A stretch of DNA of 64,000 nucleotides from an uncultured Collinsella sp. (GCA_900545615.1 UQZM01000001.1:40150-104149); one strand, 5' to 3'. Shown: positions 1 through 9,903, counted from the stretch's first letter. Notes: generated by a model from the letters alone, not told the origin. Numbers and translations are program-made.

Positions 1-1839
1 GCTGCTTCCAGGGGTCAGGTGCCGGAGCACAAGTTCGATTCCTCTATCGAGGACGTTCTGGACCACATCGAAAACAACCTTCCGGCAAGCGTCCCCGCCA
101 ACAAGCGCCGCTACTATGCCGTCAAGCTGTTCGAGCGCGATGCGGACGCCTGCAAGCTCATCAACCTCACCAAGGAGAAGGCCGCTCGCGTCGAAGAGCT
201 GGTCGCTCAGTGCGAGCAGGACTGCGATGATGACGCCGAGTCCATCATCACCGGTGAGCGCTACGGCGTGATCGCGCACATCATCGACGAGTGCCTCACC
301 AAGGCCCCGGCCAAGATGAGCACCTCCGAGAAGATCGACCGCGTGGTTACCAACCGTATCCTGGGCCTGCCGATCTTTGTGGTCATCATGTTCTGCGTGT
401 ATTACATCGCCGTTTCTACCTTGGGCGGTACGGTGACCGACTTCACCAACGACCAGCTCTTCGGTACCGACGGCTGGTACGTGCTCGGTCAGGGCCGCGA
501 TGCCTATGACGCAGCTGTCGAGGCTGCGGGTGACGCTGCCGATTCGGTTGACCCGGCGGAGTATGGTCCGTATGTCTCGGGTATCACCACCATGGTCCAC
601 GACGCCCTTGTGGCGGGCGGCACCGAGGACGGTGGCCTGGTCGATTCGCTGGTCTGTGACGGTATCGTCGGCGGCTTGGGTGCCATCTTCGGCTTCGTCC
701 CGCAGATGTTCCTGCTGTTCGTCATGCTGTCCTTCCTGGAGGACTGCGGCTATATGGCCCGCGTCGCCTTTATCATGGACCGCGTGTTCCGCCGCTTTGG
801 CCTGTCCGGTAAGTCCTTTATCCCCATGCTCGTGTCCTCGGGCTGCGGCGTCCCCGGCGTCATGGCTACCAAGACCATCGAGAACGAGAAGGACCGCCGC
901 ATGACGGTCATGACCACCACGTTTATTCCCTGTGGCGCTAAGCTGCCGATCATCGCCCTGCTCATGGGTTCCATCATCGGCGATTCTTCTACCACTGCCG
1001 CATGGATCAGCCCGCTCTTCTACTTCCTGGGTGTCTTTGCCGTCATCGCCTCGGGCCTCATGCTCAAAAAGACCAAGCTCTTCGCCGGCCGCCCGACGCC
1101 GTTCGTTATGGAGCTTCCTGCCTACCACTTCCCGGCGATCCGCTCTTGGGCGCTGCACGTGTGGGAGCGCTGCTGGGCCTTTATCAAGAAGGCCGGCACG
1201 GTCATCTTCGCGTCCACTGTCGTGGTTTGGTTCCTGTCTAACTTTGGTAGCTACAACGGTTCCTTTGGCTTCCTGCCTGCGATGGACGGCATCCCCGAGG
1301 AGTTCATGGACTACTCCGTGCTTGCCATGCTCGGCAACCTGGTCGCTTGGATCTTCGCCCCGCTCGGCTTTAGCACCTGGCAGGCAACCGCGCTGACCGT
1401 CTCGGGCCTCGTCGCCAAGGAGAACGTCGTCGCCACTGCTGGCTCGCTGCTGTCCGTTGCCGATGCCGGCGAGACCGATCCGAGCCTGTGGACCGCATTT
1501 GCCGGTATGTTCCCGACCATGGGCGCTTGCGTGGCATTCGGTGCCTTCAACCTGCTGTGCGCTCCGTGCTTTGCCGCCATGGGTACCATCCGCAACCAAA
1601 TGGACTCCGGCAAGTGGACCGCGATTGCTATCGGCTACGAGTGCCTCTTCGCTTGGGTGATCGGCCTGTTCATCAATCAGTTCTACAACCTGTTCGTGCT
1701 GGGACAGTTTGGTTTCTGGACGATTGTCGCCGTTGTACTGCTGGTTGCGATGCTCTTACAGATCTTCCGTCCCATGCCCAAGCATGCTTGGACCGACGAG
1801 GACGAGACCAACACTGCTTCCGCCGCAGTTTCCGCTTAA
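1..1839 (+). CDS. feoB: Ferrous iron transporter FeoB, C-terminal polytopic membrane domain (5' part of gene lies outside window)
   Basis: Frame is open from base 1 in the frame of ORF 19..1839. Many TM helices typical of the FeoB permease domain. Immediately followed by a FeoB-associated Cys-rich peptide gene. Confidence 0.8.
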   Translation, partial: AASRGQVPEHKFDSSIEDVLDHIENNLPASVPANKRRYYAVKLFERDADACKLINLTKEKAARVEELVAQCEQDCDDDAESIITGERYGVIAHIIDECLTKAPAKMSTSEKIDRVVTNRILGLPIFVVIMFCVYYIAVSTLGGTVTDFTNDQLFGTDGWYVLGQGRDAYDAAVEAAGDAADSVDPAEYGPYVSGITTMVHDALVAGGTEDGGLVDSLVCDGIVGGLGAIFGFVPQMFLLFVMLSFLEDCGYMARVAFIMDRVFRRFGLSGKSFIPMLVSSGCGVPGVMATKTIENEKDRRMTVMTTTFIPCGAKLPIIALLMGSIIGDSSTTAAWISPLFYFLGVFAVIASGLMLKKTKLFAGRPTPFVMELPAYHFPAIRSWALHVWERCWAFIKKAGTVIFASTVVVWFLSNFGSYNGSFGFLPAMDGIPEEFMDYSVLAMLGNLVAWIFAPLGFSTWQATALTVSGLVAKENVVATAGSLLSVADAGETDPSLWTAFAGMFPTMGACVAFGAFNLLCAPCFAAMGTIRNQMDSGKWTAIAIGYECLFAWVIGLFINQFYNLFVLGQFGFWTIVAVVLLVAMLLQIFRPMPKHAWTDEDETNTASAAVSA

Positions 1840-1870
1840 GTCCGAATAAGGATTAACCCCTTTCCACGAG

Positions 1871-1902
1871 CCCGGGTGTCCCAGCGACACTCGGGCTTTT
1901 TG
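1871..1902 (+). terminator. Rho-independent terminator after feoB
   Basis: cccgggtgtc...gacactcggg stem followed by cttttt. Confidence 0.6.
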
Positions 1903-2014
1903 GTGGGGGAGATGTGGCGTTTCCGCAGATAAAACCAACCAAAATAAACCTGTCCCGTTTTGGTAGGTGGAGAATAGGGTAAAGTAAGTGATGGTTAACT
2001 AGAGGAGGCTTGCT

Positions 2015-2215
2015 ATGGCACCTATCGATATTGTTGTACTGGCTGTTATCGGTATTGCGTTTGTCGCGGTATGCGTGCGCATCTACCGCAAGGGCACTTG
2101 CGCCGACTGCGCTCAGGGCGGCGCTTGCACGGGGCATTGCTCCAACAAAAAGACGTGCGCCGCGCTGAAAGGCGTCGACAAAGTGGCCGAGAATTTAGGC
2201 CGCGGTGTCAAATAA
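2015..2215 (+). CDS. FeoB-associated Cys-rich small membrane protein
   Basis: 66 aa, N-terminal TM helix then CADCAQGGACTGHC Cys cluster. RBS gaggagg upstream. Position right after feoB. Confidence 0.7.
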   Translation: MAPIDIVVLAVIGIAFVAVCVRIYRKGTCADCAQGGACTGHCSNKKTCAALKGVDKVAENLGRGVK

Positions 2216-2233
2216 ACAACTGGGTATCTTGAA

Positions 2234-2265
2234 CGCCCCGCGAGCATCCGTTCGCGGGGCTTTTT
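2234..2265 (+). terminator. Rho-independent terminator
   Basis: gccccgcga...tcgcggggc stem followed by ttttt. Confidence 0.6.
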
Positions 2266-2362
2266 ACACATTCGAGCGTGAGTGCGGCGAGTAGACATGC
2301 ATTTTTTGGGGTATCGTTAACTGAATTGTTTATTAGCTGCCCGTCTGTACCGGAGTAACCCT

Positions 2363-3442
2363 ATGAGCGCACGCGTCACCATGAAGGACATAGCCGCCGA
2401 GCTTGGCGTTTCCATTAACACCGTGCATAAGGCCCTTACGGGCAAGGCCGGCGTGAGCGAGTCTGTGCGTGCCAAGGTTAATGCTAAGGCTGAGGAGATG
2501 GGCTATCACCGCAACACGAGTGCTTCGAGCCTGCGTCGTAAGGACATCAATCTGCTGTTTTGTCTGCCGTGCGCATCGCGTGAGGGCGCTTATTTCTATC
2601 GTTACCTATGGGAAGGCTGCAATCGCTTTGAGCAAGAGGTCATCGACCAGGGCATTACCGTTGAACGCGTTGAATTTGGCGTGGGCGGCTACGCTGATGC
2701 ACTCGAGCAAATCGACGAGCGTCTGCAGGTGGGCGAGAAGATTGATGGTTTGCTCGCCTATGCGCCGGGCGACGATCGTGCGACTGAGCTTTTGGGGCAG
2801 ATCGCCGAGGCGGGCGTGACGATTGAGCTCGTTGACGGCGACCGCCCTCACCTCGATCGTCTGGGCGCTAGTTTGGCCGACTACTCCACAGCGGGAAGCC
2901 TGATGGCCGAGCAGGCAGCCAACCTGGTTCACGCTTCTGGGATCGATACCCGCGTGCTTTTATTGGCGGGCGACCCCTATACCGACTCGCACTATTTGAC
3001 CGCTCGTGCCTTCCACAATTACCTTCGCGAGCACAATGTTCCCTGGCAGGTCGAGGATCTGACCGGTGCTCATGCCCAGGTCAAGCAGCTCGAGCACGAG
3101 CTCAACCAGCGTCTAAGGTCATCGGAAGCCCCCGAGTTGATCTGCAGCGTGTTCGCCGTGGGCTCTGAGCTGATTGCCGATGCGCTTGTCTCGGCTAACA
3201 AGGCCGGCGAAGTAATGGTGATTGGCAACGACCTGTTCCCAGAAAGTGCGCTGGCTTTGCGTCGGGGCATCTTTACCAACATCGTCTACAAGGATCCGGT
3301 GAGTCTGGCATATCGTGGCGCCAAGACCTTAGGCGATTACCTGCTGTGGGGGAAGACACCGGCGGAGCCTGTGCAAAAGGGGGCTGTTGAGATGGTGTTT
3401 GCCAGCAACGTCGATCGTTACTGCGAGCTCGCCGGAATCTAA
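2363..3442 (+). CDS. LacI-family transcriptional regulator (HTH plus periplasmic-binding-fold sugar sensor), likely hexuronate cluster regulator
   Basis: N-terminal MKDIAAELGVSINTVHKALTG HTH typical of LacI/GalR. 359 aa. Adjacent to uxaC. Confidence 0.85.
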   Translation: MSARVTMKDIAAELGVSINTVHKALTGKAGVSESVRAKVNAKAEEMGYHRNTSASSLRRKDINLLFCLPCASREGAYFYRYLWEGCNRFEQEVIDQGITVERVEFGVGGYADALEQIDERLQVGEKIDGLLAYAPGDDRATELLGQIAEAGVTIELVDGDRPHLDRLGASLADYSTAGSLMAEQAANLVHASGIDTRVLLLAGDPYTDSHYLTARAFHNYLREHNVPWQVEDLTGAHAQVKQLEHELNQRLRSSEAPELICSVFAVGSELIADALVSANKAGEVMVIGNDLFPESALALRRGIFTNIVYKDPVSLAYRGAKTLGDYLLWGKTPAEPVQKGAVEMVFASNVDRYCELAGI

Positions 3443-3504
3443 TGCGTTTAGGGAGTTCCCTACTTGCCGCGTATTTTTTGGCAGGGGATCGAAAAATTGT
3501 TTCG

Positions 3505-3547
3505 AAGGCCGCTGATGGCGAATCTGCCGTCAGCGGCCTTTCTTTGT
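3505..3547 (+). terminator. Rho-independent terminator after LacI gene
   Basis: aaggccgctga...tcagcggcctt stem followed by tctttgt. Confidence 0.55.
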
Positions 3548-3621
3548 GCCGCTTCAACGCAGGATCCATGGCTCGGCAACCGTTAATCGGTCAAAACCTA
3601 CCGTTTACCCCATGGTAGTTA

Positions 3622-3635
3622 GGTGAACGTTCACC
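3622..3635. promoter_or_regulatory. Operator palindrome GGTGAACGTTCACC (copy 1, uxaC promoter)
   Basis: Perfect 14-bp palindrome with central CG, a LacI/cre-like architecture. Recurs at 3660, 23787 and 31811. Confidence 0.55.
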
Positions 3636-3659
3636 TTTTGAGTCGTAATGGATTAGTAT

Positions 3660-3673
3660 GGTGAACGTTCACC
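3660..3673. promoter_or_regulatory. Operator palindrome GGTGAACGTTCACC (copy 2, uxaC promoter)
   Basis: Identical 14-mer 38 bp downstream of copy 1. Overlaps the spurious ATG at 3658. Confidence 0.55.
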
Positions 3674-3726
3674 TAGAGGATGACGAGCGTATTGTGCGCC
3701 CGCTCCGCAAACAAAGGGGTTGTTTG

Positions 3727-5154
3727 ATGAAAAACTTCATGGACGATCAGGATTTCCTGCTGAGCACCAAGACCGGCGAGGAACTGTTCCACAGCTTTGC
3801 CGAGGGCATGCCCATCGTTGACTACCATTGCCACATTTCTCCCAAGGAGATCTGGGAGGACAAGCGTTTCGAGAACATCACCGAGGTTTGGCTGGGCGGC
3901 GACCACTACAAGTGGCGCCTGATGCGCGCCAACGGCGTCGACGAGCGTTTTATCACTGGCGACGCCCCTGCTCGCGAGAAGTTCCAAAAGTGGGCCGAGA
4001 CCCTGGGTCGCTGCGTTGGCAACCCCGTCTTTGAGTGGAGCCACCTGGAGCTTAAGCGCTACTTTGGCTACGAGGGCGTCCTCAACGGCAAGACTGCCCA
4101 GGAGGTCTGGGACCTTGCCAACGCCAAGCTCGCCGAGGCCAGCTTTACCTGCCGCAACCTGATCAAGCAGTCCAACGTCCGCATGATCTGCACTACCGAC
4201 GACCCCGCCGACAGCTTTGAGTGGCACAAGAAGATTGCCGCCGATGACAGTTTTGACGTTCAGGTCGTTCCCGCCATGCGCCCCGACGCCGCTCTGCGCA
4301 TCGAGCGCGGCCAGGAGTTCGCCGACTACTGCAAGCACCTTTCCGAGGTTGCCGGCGTTGAGGTCAGCGACTTTGAGGGCATGAAGTCCGCCATCTCCAA
4401 GCGCTACGATGTTGCCCACGAGCTGGGCTGCCGCGCCTCCGACCACGCACTCGATTACGTTATGTATGTCCCGGCTACCGCCGATGAGATTGAGGCCATC
4501 TTTGCCAAGGGCCTGGCTGCCGAGCCGCTCACCGAGGAAGAGGTCCTCAAGTACAAGACCGCCTTTATGCAGTTTGTCGCGGGCGAGTATGTCCGCCTGG
4601 GCTGGGTCATGCAACTGCACTTTGGCTGCAAGCGCGACAACAACCGTGCCATGTTCGCCAAGCTCGGTCCCGACACCGGTTACGACTGCATCTCCAACTA
4701 CACGCCGTCCGACCAGCTCGCCGATTTCCTCAACTCCATCCAGGAGACCTGCGGCTTGCCCAAGACCATCCTGTATAGCTTGAACCCCATCGACAACACC
4801 ATGATCGATACCGTGATGGGCTGTTTCCAGGAGGCTCCGACCGCCGGTAAGATCCAGAACGGTTCCGCCTGGTGGTTCAACGACAACGAGGTCGGTATGC
4901 GCGAGCAGCTCACGGCTCTGGCTAACGAGGGCGTCCTGGGCAACTTTGTCGGCATGCTCACCGACTCCCGCTCCTTCCTGTCCTACCCGCGCCACGAGTA
5001 TTTCCGTCGCGTGCTGTGTAGCGTGATCGGCGAGTGGGTTGAGCAGGGCAAGTATCCGGCCGACATGGAGCTGCTGGGCACCATCGTGCGCGATATCAGC
5101 TACAACAATTCCGTTCGCTACTTTGGCTTCGATCTGGACACCGCCGAGGCATAG
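3727..5154 (+). CDS. uxaC: Glucuronate (uronate) isomerase
   Basis: MKNFMDDQDFLL N-terminus and the DYHCH motif match UxaC. RBS aaagggg sits 9 nt upstream of the ATG at 3727. The track start at 3658 lies inside the operator. Confidence 0.85.
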   Translation: MKNFMDDQDFLLSTKTGEELFHSFAEGMPIVDYHCHISPKEIWEDKRFENITEVWLGGDHYKWRLMRANGVDERFITGDAPAREKFQKWAETLGRCVGNPVFEWSHLELKRYFGYEGVLNGKTAQEVWDLANAKLAEASFTCRNLIKQSNVRMICTTDDPADSFEWHKKIAADDSFDVQVVPAMRPDAALRIERGQEFADYCKHLSEVAGVEVSDFEGMKSAISKRYDVAHELGCRASDHALDYVMYVPATADEIEAIFAKGLAAEPLTEEEVLKYKTAFMQFVAGEYVRLGWVMQLHFGCKRDNNRAMFAKLGPDTGYDCISNYTPSDQLADFLNSIQETCGLPKTILYSLNPIDNTMIDTVMGCFQEAPTAGKIQNGSAWWFNDNEVGMREQLTALANEGVLGNFVGMLTDSRSFLSYPRHEYFRRVLCSVIGEWVEQGKYPADMELLGTIVRDISYNNSVRYFGFDLDTAEA

Positions 5155-5204
5155 ATCTGTATGTGCTCCGATTGGTGAAATCGGTTGCAAAGGGGAGGGA
5201 CCAT

Positions 5205-6710
5205 ATGGTAACAGGGCAACAGAAAAACGAGCAGATCGTGTCTGCTCAGGCGGATTCGAGATCGATGCAGAGCTCGCAGGATATCAAGCTGAGCTGGCGT
5301 GAGAAAATCTGCTATGGCTTTGGCGATTTGGGCAACGGATTCATGTTCGATCTTGGTCAAGCATATCTGACCAAGTTCTACACTGACATCTGTCTGATTT
5401 CGCCAGGCGTAGTGAGCCTGATTTTCGCCGTCACCAAGATTTTCGATGCGTTCATGGACCCGATTGCCGGTGCATTCGTCGACGGTAGAAAGAAGATTGG
5501 CAAGCACGGTCGGTTTCGTCCGGTCATGATGGTTTCGGCCGTGATCCTTGCCGTTCTAACCGTGGTGACCTTCACTGCGCCCGATATTCCCATGGCAGGT
5601 AAAATTGCCTATGCGCTGATAACTTACATGATCTGGGGCGTCGTATACAGCTTCACCAACGTGCCGTACGGATCTCTGGCCACGGTAATGACGCGTGACG
5701 TCGATGACCGCGCGCACATGGCGTCAACGCGCCAGGCCGGTTCGCTTTGCGCACAGCTCATCACGGGCGTAGCGTTCATCCCATTGGTCCTGTTCTTTGC
5801 GGGTGGCGACACGCTCGACGGCAATCCGCACGGCTATACGATTGCAGCTGTCGTCATGGGACTGTGCGGCATCGCCGGATTCGCCATCTGCTTTTTAGGA
5901 ACGCGCGAGCATATCCGTATCGATCGACAGGCCGAGGAGAAGGCTGCGGGAAAGGCCGGCAAGAAGTCGAGCGCATTCAGCACGTATTTCAAGGTCGTTT
6001 TCACCAACAAGAACCTGGGAGCAGTTATCCTGCTTACGCTGTTTACCATTTCGGCCATGAACACCAACAACACCATGATGGTGTATTTCTGCCAGTACAA
6101 CCTGGGTAACATCGCGTTGCAGCCCGTTGTCAACGGCATCATGATCGGAACGTCGGTTGTCGCCATTCTCGCCATCCCGACGCTCGTCAAGCATTTCGGT
6201 AAGAAGCGCACGTGCGTCGCCTGCTTTATCGTCGGCGCTGTGGCAAACGGCCTCAACTTCATCCTGCCGACCAATACCGTGACGTTCATCATCTTCGTCA
6301 CCATCGGCTACGTCGCGCTTGCCATCCCCAACGGTATCACCTGGAACCTGGTTTCCGATGTTATCGATTACGGTGAATGGCACACGGGAATCCGCAAGGA
6401 GGGTACGACCTACGCCGCGTTCAACTTTTCTCGTAAGCTTGCGCAATCCCTTGCCGCGATCATTTCCGGCGGCATCCTTGCCCTTACCGGATATGTGGCA
6501 AATAAGCCCCAGACGGCTGCCACGCTGCTTGGCATCAAGGGCGCTCTGACGATTTATCCCGCCTGCGCCCTTCTGGTAGCAGCCTTGATTATCTTCGCTC
6601 TCTACGACATTACCGAGAAGAAGTTCAATTCCATTTCCAACGACCTGTCGAATGGTCGCTGGGAGCGCGGCAAGATCGGCGAGAGCACTATCGAGACGAT
6701 CGATAAATAG
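5205..6710 (+). CDS. GPH-family (MelB/UidB-like) glycoside-pentoside-hexuronide:cation symporter, probable (glucuronide/galacturonide) uronide transporter
   Basis: 12-TM MFS of GPH type. RBS aggggagg precedes the ATG at 5205. Located inside the uxa cluster. Confidence 0.75.
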   Translation: MVTGQQKNEQIVSAQADSRSMQSSQDIKLSWREKICYGFGDLGNGFMFDLGQAYLTKFYTDICLISPGVVSLIFAVTKIFDAFMDPIAGAFVDGRKKIGKHGRFRPVMMVSAVILAVLTVVTFTAPDIPMAGKIAYALITYMIWGVVYSFTNVPYGSLATVMTRDVDDRAHMASTRQAGSLCAQLITGVAFIPLVLFFAGGDTLDGNPHGYTIAAVVMGLCGIAGFAICFLGTREHIRIDRQAEEKAAGKAGKKSSAFSTYFKVVFTNKNLGAVILLTLFTISAMNTNNTMMVYFCQYNLGNIALQPVVNGIMIGTSVVAILAIPTLVKHFGKKRTCVACFIVGAVANGLNFILPTNTVTFIIFVTIGYVALAIPNGITWNLVSDVIDYGEWHTGIRKEGTTYAAFNFSRKLAQSLAAIISGGILALTGYVANKPQTAATLLGIKGALTIYPACALLVAALIIFALYDITEKKFNSISNDLSNGRWERGKIGESTIETIDK

Positions 6711-6788
6711 CTCCGCTGCTTGAAAAATCATGAATGCAACCCGGTGCGGCGATGCCGTACCGGGACTTGAGTTGAGAGGAAAACCTCT

Positions 6789-8303
6789 ATGAATAACATC
6801 AGCTACGAGACGCTCGAGAAGATCGGCTACGAGGGCTACGTGCTGCCCAAGGACGCCCCCGAGAAGGTCCTACAGTTTGGCGAGGGCAATTTCCTGCGCG
6901 CCTTCGTCGATCGTTTCTTCGATATGGGCAACGAGGCCACCGGTTGGAACGGCAAGGTCGTCATGGTGCAGCCCATCAGCGGCGCCTTCGATTTCGCCGA
7001 TGGTATCAATGCCCAGGATGGCCTGTACACCGTACTGGTGCGCGGCAAGGAGAACGGTGACACGGTTGACGATTCCCGCGTGATCAGCGCCTGCAGCCGT
7101 TGCCTCAATCCGTATCGCGAGGCTGACTACCGTGCCATGATGGAGGTCGCCGTTTCCGACGACCTGGAGATTATCGTCTCCAACACCACCGAGGCCGGTA
7201 TCGCCTACGATCCGTCCTGCAAGGCCGACGACATGCCCCCCGCGAGCTTCCCTGCCAAGCTTGCCCAGGTGCTCCATGCCCGCTGGGCTGCCGGCAAGCA
7301 GGGCGTCATCGTGCTCGCCTGCGAGCTCATCGACCATAACGGCGAGGAGCTGCTGCGCATCATGAACCAGTACGTGAGCGACTGGGGCTGGGAGGACGAG
7401 TTTTCGCAGTGGATGGCCAACGACTGCACCGTCTGCACCACGCTCGTCGACACCATCGTTCCGGGTCGCATCCGCGATCCCAAGGAGGCCGCTGCCGTGG
7501 CCGAGCGCTTGGGCTATGAAGATCCGTTCTTGGCCGTGCGTGAGCCCTTCCAGATGTGGGGCATCCAGGGTGACGAATCGCTCAAGGAGCGTCTGCCCTT
7601 CGTGAAGGCCGGTCTGCCGGGTGTCTTTGTGACCCCCGACGTCACCCCGTACAAGAAGCGCAAGGTCCGCATCCTCAACGGCGCCCACACCGCCTTTGTC
7701 CCGGGTTCCTGGGTTGCCGGCTTTGATATCGTGCGCGATTGCATGCACGACGAGACCGTCCGCGGCTTCATGAACACTATGCTCTACGACGAGGTCATTC
7801 CGACGCTTGCCGCCGACCTGGATGTCGAGGACTGCAAGGCCTTTGCCGCCGCTGTTGAGAACCGCTTCGACAACCCGTTTATCGACCACGCGCTGCTCTC
7901 CATCTGCCTCAACTCCACGGCTAAGTGGCGTGCCCGCGACCTGCCTACGCTCAAGGACTACGCTGCCGAGACCGGCAACCTGCCCAAGTGCCTGGCGACG
8001 AGCCTGGCCACGCTCATCTCCTTCTACACGCAGGAGCTCGTGTCCCGCGAGGGCGACGGCCTGCACCTGCGTCGCTCCGACGGCACCGAGTTCACCGCTC
8101 AGGACGACGCCTTTGTGCTCGACTTCTACGCTGCTCACGCCGGCGCCGACGACGCCGAGCTGGTGCACGATGTGCTCTCCAACGAGCAAATGTGGGGCGA
8201 GGATCTTACGCAGATCGCCGGCCTGGAGGAGTTTGTCGTCAACGCTCTCGCCGTCGTGCGCTCCGAGGGCGTCAAGCAGGCGTTCGCGAACGCTCAGGCC
8301 TAA
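6789..8303 (+). CDS. uxaB: Altronate oxidoreductase (tagaturonate reductase), mannitol dehydrogenase family
   Basis: 504 aa, mannitol-DH family N- and C-terminal domains. Sits next to uxaA. Confidence 0.75.
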   Translation: MNNISYETLEKIGYEGYVLPKDAPEKVLQFGEGNFLRAFVDRFFDMGNEATGWNGKVVMVQPISGAFDFADGINAQDGLYTVLVRGKENGDTVDDSRVISACSRCLNPYREADYRAMMEVAVSDDLEIIVSNTTEAGIAYDPSCKADDMPPASFPAKLAQVLHARWAAGKQGVIVLACELIDHNGEELLRIMNQYVSDWGWEDEFSQWMANDCTVCTTLVDTIVPGRIRDPKEAAAVAERLGYEDPFLAVREPFQMWGIQGDESLKERLPFVKAGLPGVFVTPDVTPYKKRKVRILNGAHTAFVPGSWVAGFDIVRDCMHDETVRGFMNTMLYDEVIPTLAADLDVEDCKAFAAAVENRFDNPFIDHALLSICLNSTAKWRARDLPTLKDYAAETGNLPKCLATSLATLISFYTQELVSREGDGLHLRRSDGTEFTAQDDAFVLDFYAAHAGADDAELVHDVLSNEQMWGEDLTQIAGLEEFVVNALAVVRSEGVKQAFANAQA

Positions 8304-8381
8304 ATCCTTCTGTACGCCCGCCGGGTAACTGGCGGGCGTCACTCGACTTCTGCTCAACCTGTAGGGTTAGGACTCTTTGTA

Positions 8382-9866
8382 ATGAACACTATCCAGATCA
8401 ATCCGGCCGACAACGTCATCGTTGCGCTGTCGCCGCTCGCCAAGGGTGCTGCCGTCGAGGTTCCCGGCGTGGGCGAGGTCGTTGCCGCGGAGGATATCCC
8501 GCAGGGTCACAAGATGGCCGTGCGCGCCATTGCAGCCGGTGAGGATGTCATCAAGTACGGTCTTCCCATCGGCCACGTGACGAAGGACATTCAGCCCGGC
8601 CAGTGGCTGCACACGCACAACGTGAAGACCAACCTCTCGGGTGAGATCGAGTACGCCTACAATCCGACACATCCGGTCGTTGAGCCGGTCGAGGCCGAGA
8701 CCTTTATGGGCTTCCGCCGTGCCGACGGTCGTGCCGCCACGCGCAATGAGCTTTGGATCATTCCCACCGTCGGTTGCGTCAACGAAGTCGCTCGTGCCAT
8801 GTGCGAGCAGACTCAGGACCTGGTCGAGGGCTCGTTGGAGGGCGTCTATTACTTCCCGCATCCGTTCGGTTGCTCACAGACCGGCGCCGACCATGCCCAG
8901 ACCCGTCGTCTGTTGGTGGCGCTGTCGCGTCACGCAAACGCCGCGGGCGTGCTGTTCTTGTCGCTCGGTTGCGAGAACTGCACGCATCAGCAGGTGCTCG
9001 ACGAGCTCGGTGACTTCGATCACGAGCGCGTTCGTTTTCTCACCTGCCAGGATGTAGCCGACGAGCAGATCGAGGGCCACAAGATTCTGTCCGAGCTGGC
9101 TGACCTGGCCAAGCAGGCCAAGCGTGAGCCCATTCCGGCCTCAGAGCTGGTTATTGGTCTTAAGTGCGGCGGCTCTGACGGTCTTTCGGGCATTACCGCC
9201 AACCCCACGATCGGTCGCGTGAGCGATATGGTCGTCGCCCGTGGCGGCACGTCGGTGCTCACCGAAGTGCCCGAGATGTTTGGCGCGGAGAGCATCCTGC
9301 TCGATCGCTGCGAGAACGAGCAGGTCTTTAACGCTGCCTCTGACATGCTTAACGGTTTTAAGGATTACTTTATTAGCCATGGTGAGGTGGTCTACGAGAA
9401 CCCGAGTCCCGGTAACAAGGACGGTGGCATCACCACGCTCGAGGACAAGAGTTGCGGCTGCGTGCAAAAGGGCGGCTCCGCACCCATCGTCGACGTGCTG
9501 CCGTATGCCGGTCAGGTCACCAAGCATGGCCTGAACATGCTGTGCGGCCCGGGCAACGACATGGTATCCACCACGGCGTTGACGGCTGCTGGCTGTCACG
9601 TGATTCTGTTCTCGACTGGACGCGGCACGCCGTTTGGTGCACCGGCGCCCACCCTCAAGGTGTTCACCAATCAGCGTCTGTGCGACCACAAGGCCAACTG
9701 GATGGACTTTAACGCCGGCGTGATTGCCACAGGCGAACGCACACTCGACGAGGCTGCCCGCGACCTGTATCAGCTGGTACTGGATACAGCGAGCGGTAAG
9801 CTAACGAGTGCCGAGCGCCGCGGTTGCCACGAGATCAGTATCTGGAAAGACGGCGTCTGCCTGTAG
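8382..9866 (+). CDS. uxaA: Altronate dehydratase
   Basis: 494 aa. SAF domain N-terminus plus the D-galactarate/altronate dehydratase large domain with a conserved Cys-rich region. Confidence 0.85.
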   Translation: MNTIQINPADNVIVALSPLAKGAAVEVPGVGEVVAAEDIPQGHKMAVRAIAAGEDVIKYGLPIGHVTKDIQPGQWLHTHNVKTNLSGEIEYAYNPTHPVVEPVEAETFMGFRRADGRAATRNELWIIPTVGCVNEVARAMCEQTQDLVEGSLEGVYYFPHPFGCSQTGADHAQTRRLLVALSRHANAAGVLFLSLGCENCTHQQVLDELGDFDHERVRFLTCQDVADEQIEGHKILSELADLAKQAKREPIPASELVIGLKCGGSDGLSGITANPTIGRVSDMVVARGGTSVLTEVPEMFGAESILLDRCENEQVFNAASDMLNGFKDYFISHGEVVYENPSPGNKDGGITTLEDKSCGCVQKGGSAPIVDVLPYAGQVTKHGLNMLCGPGNDMVSTTALTAAGCHVILFSTGRGTPFGAPAPTLKVFTNQRLCDHKANWMDFNAGVIATGERTLDEAARDLYQLVLDTASGKLTSAERRGCHEISIWKDGVCL

Positions 9867-9868
9867 AG

Positions 9869-9903
9869 AGATTCGCCATTCGTAGGGGTGGCGAATCTTT
9901 TGA
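9869..9903 (+). terminator. Rho-independent terminator after uxaA
   Basis: agattcgcca...tggcgaatct stem followed by tttgatct. Confidence 0.55.

Noticed and set aside
3658-3726. Track start codon for uxaC at 3658
   Set aside because: This ATG lies inside the second GGTGAACGTTCACC operator. The N-terminal 23 residues have no counterpart in UxaC, and a good RBS precedes the ATG at 3727.
3673-5190. 505-aa minus-strand ORF antisense to uxaC; similar long antisense ORFs at 6870..8357, 10011..11351, 16894..19260, 19908..21773, 26157..28031, 37207..38607, 41746..43275, 43537..45615, 48372..49904, 50392..51783, 52304..53485, 54221..55510 and 57972..59327
   Set aside because: These are typical stop-codon-poor antisense frames of a high-GC genome. 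Their translations are low-complexity (Ala/Gly/Arg/Val-rich) with no recognisable motifs. Each opposite-strand gene has clear family signatures and an RBS.
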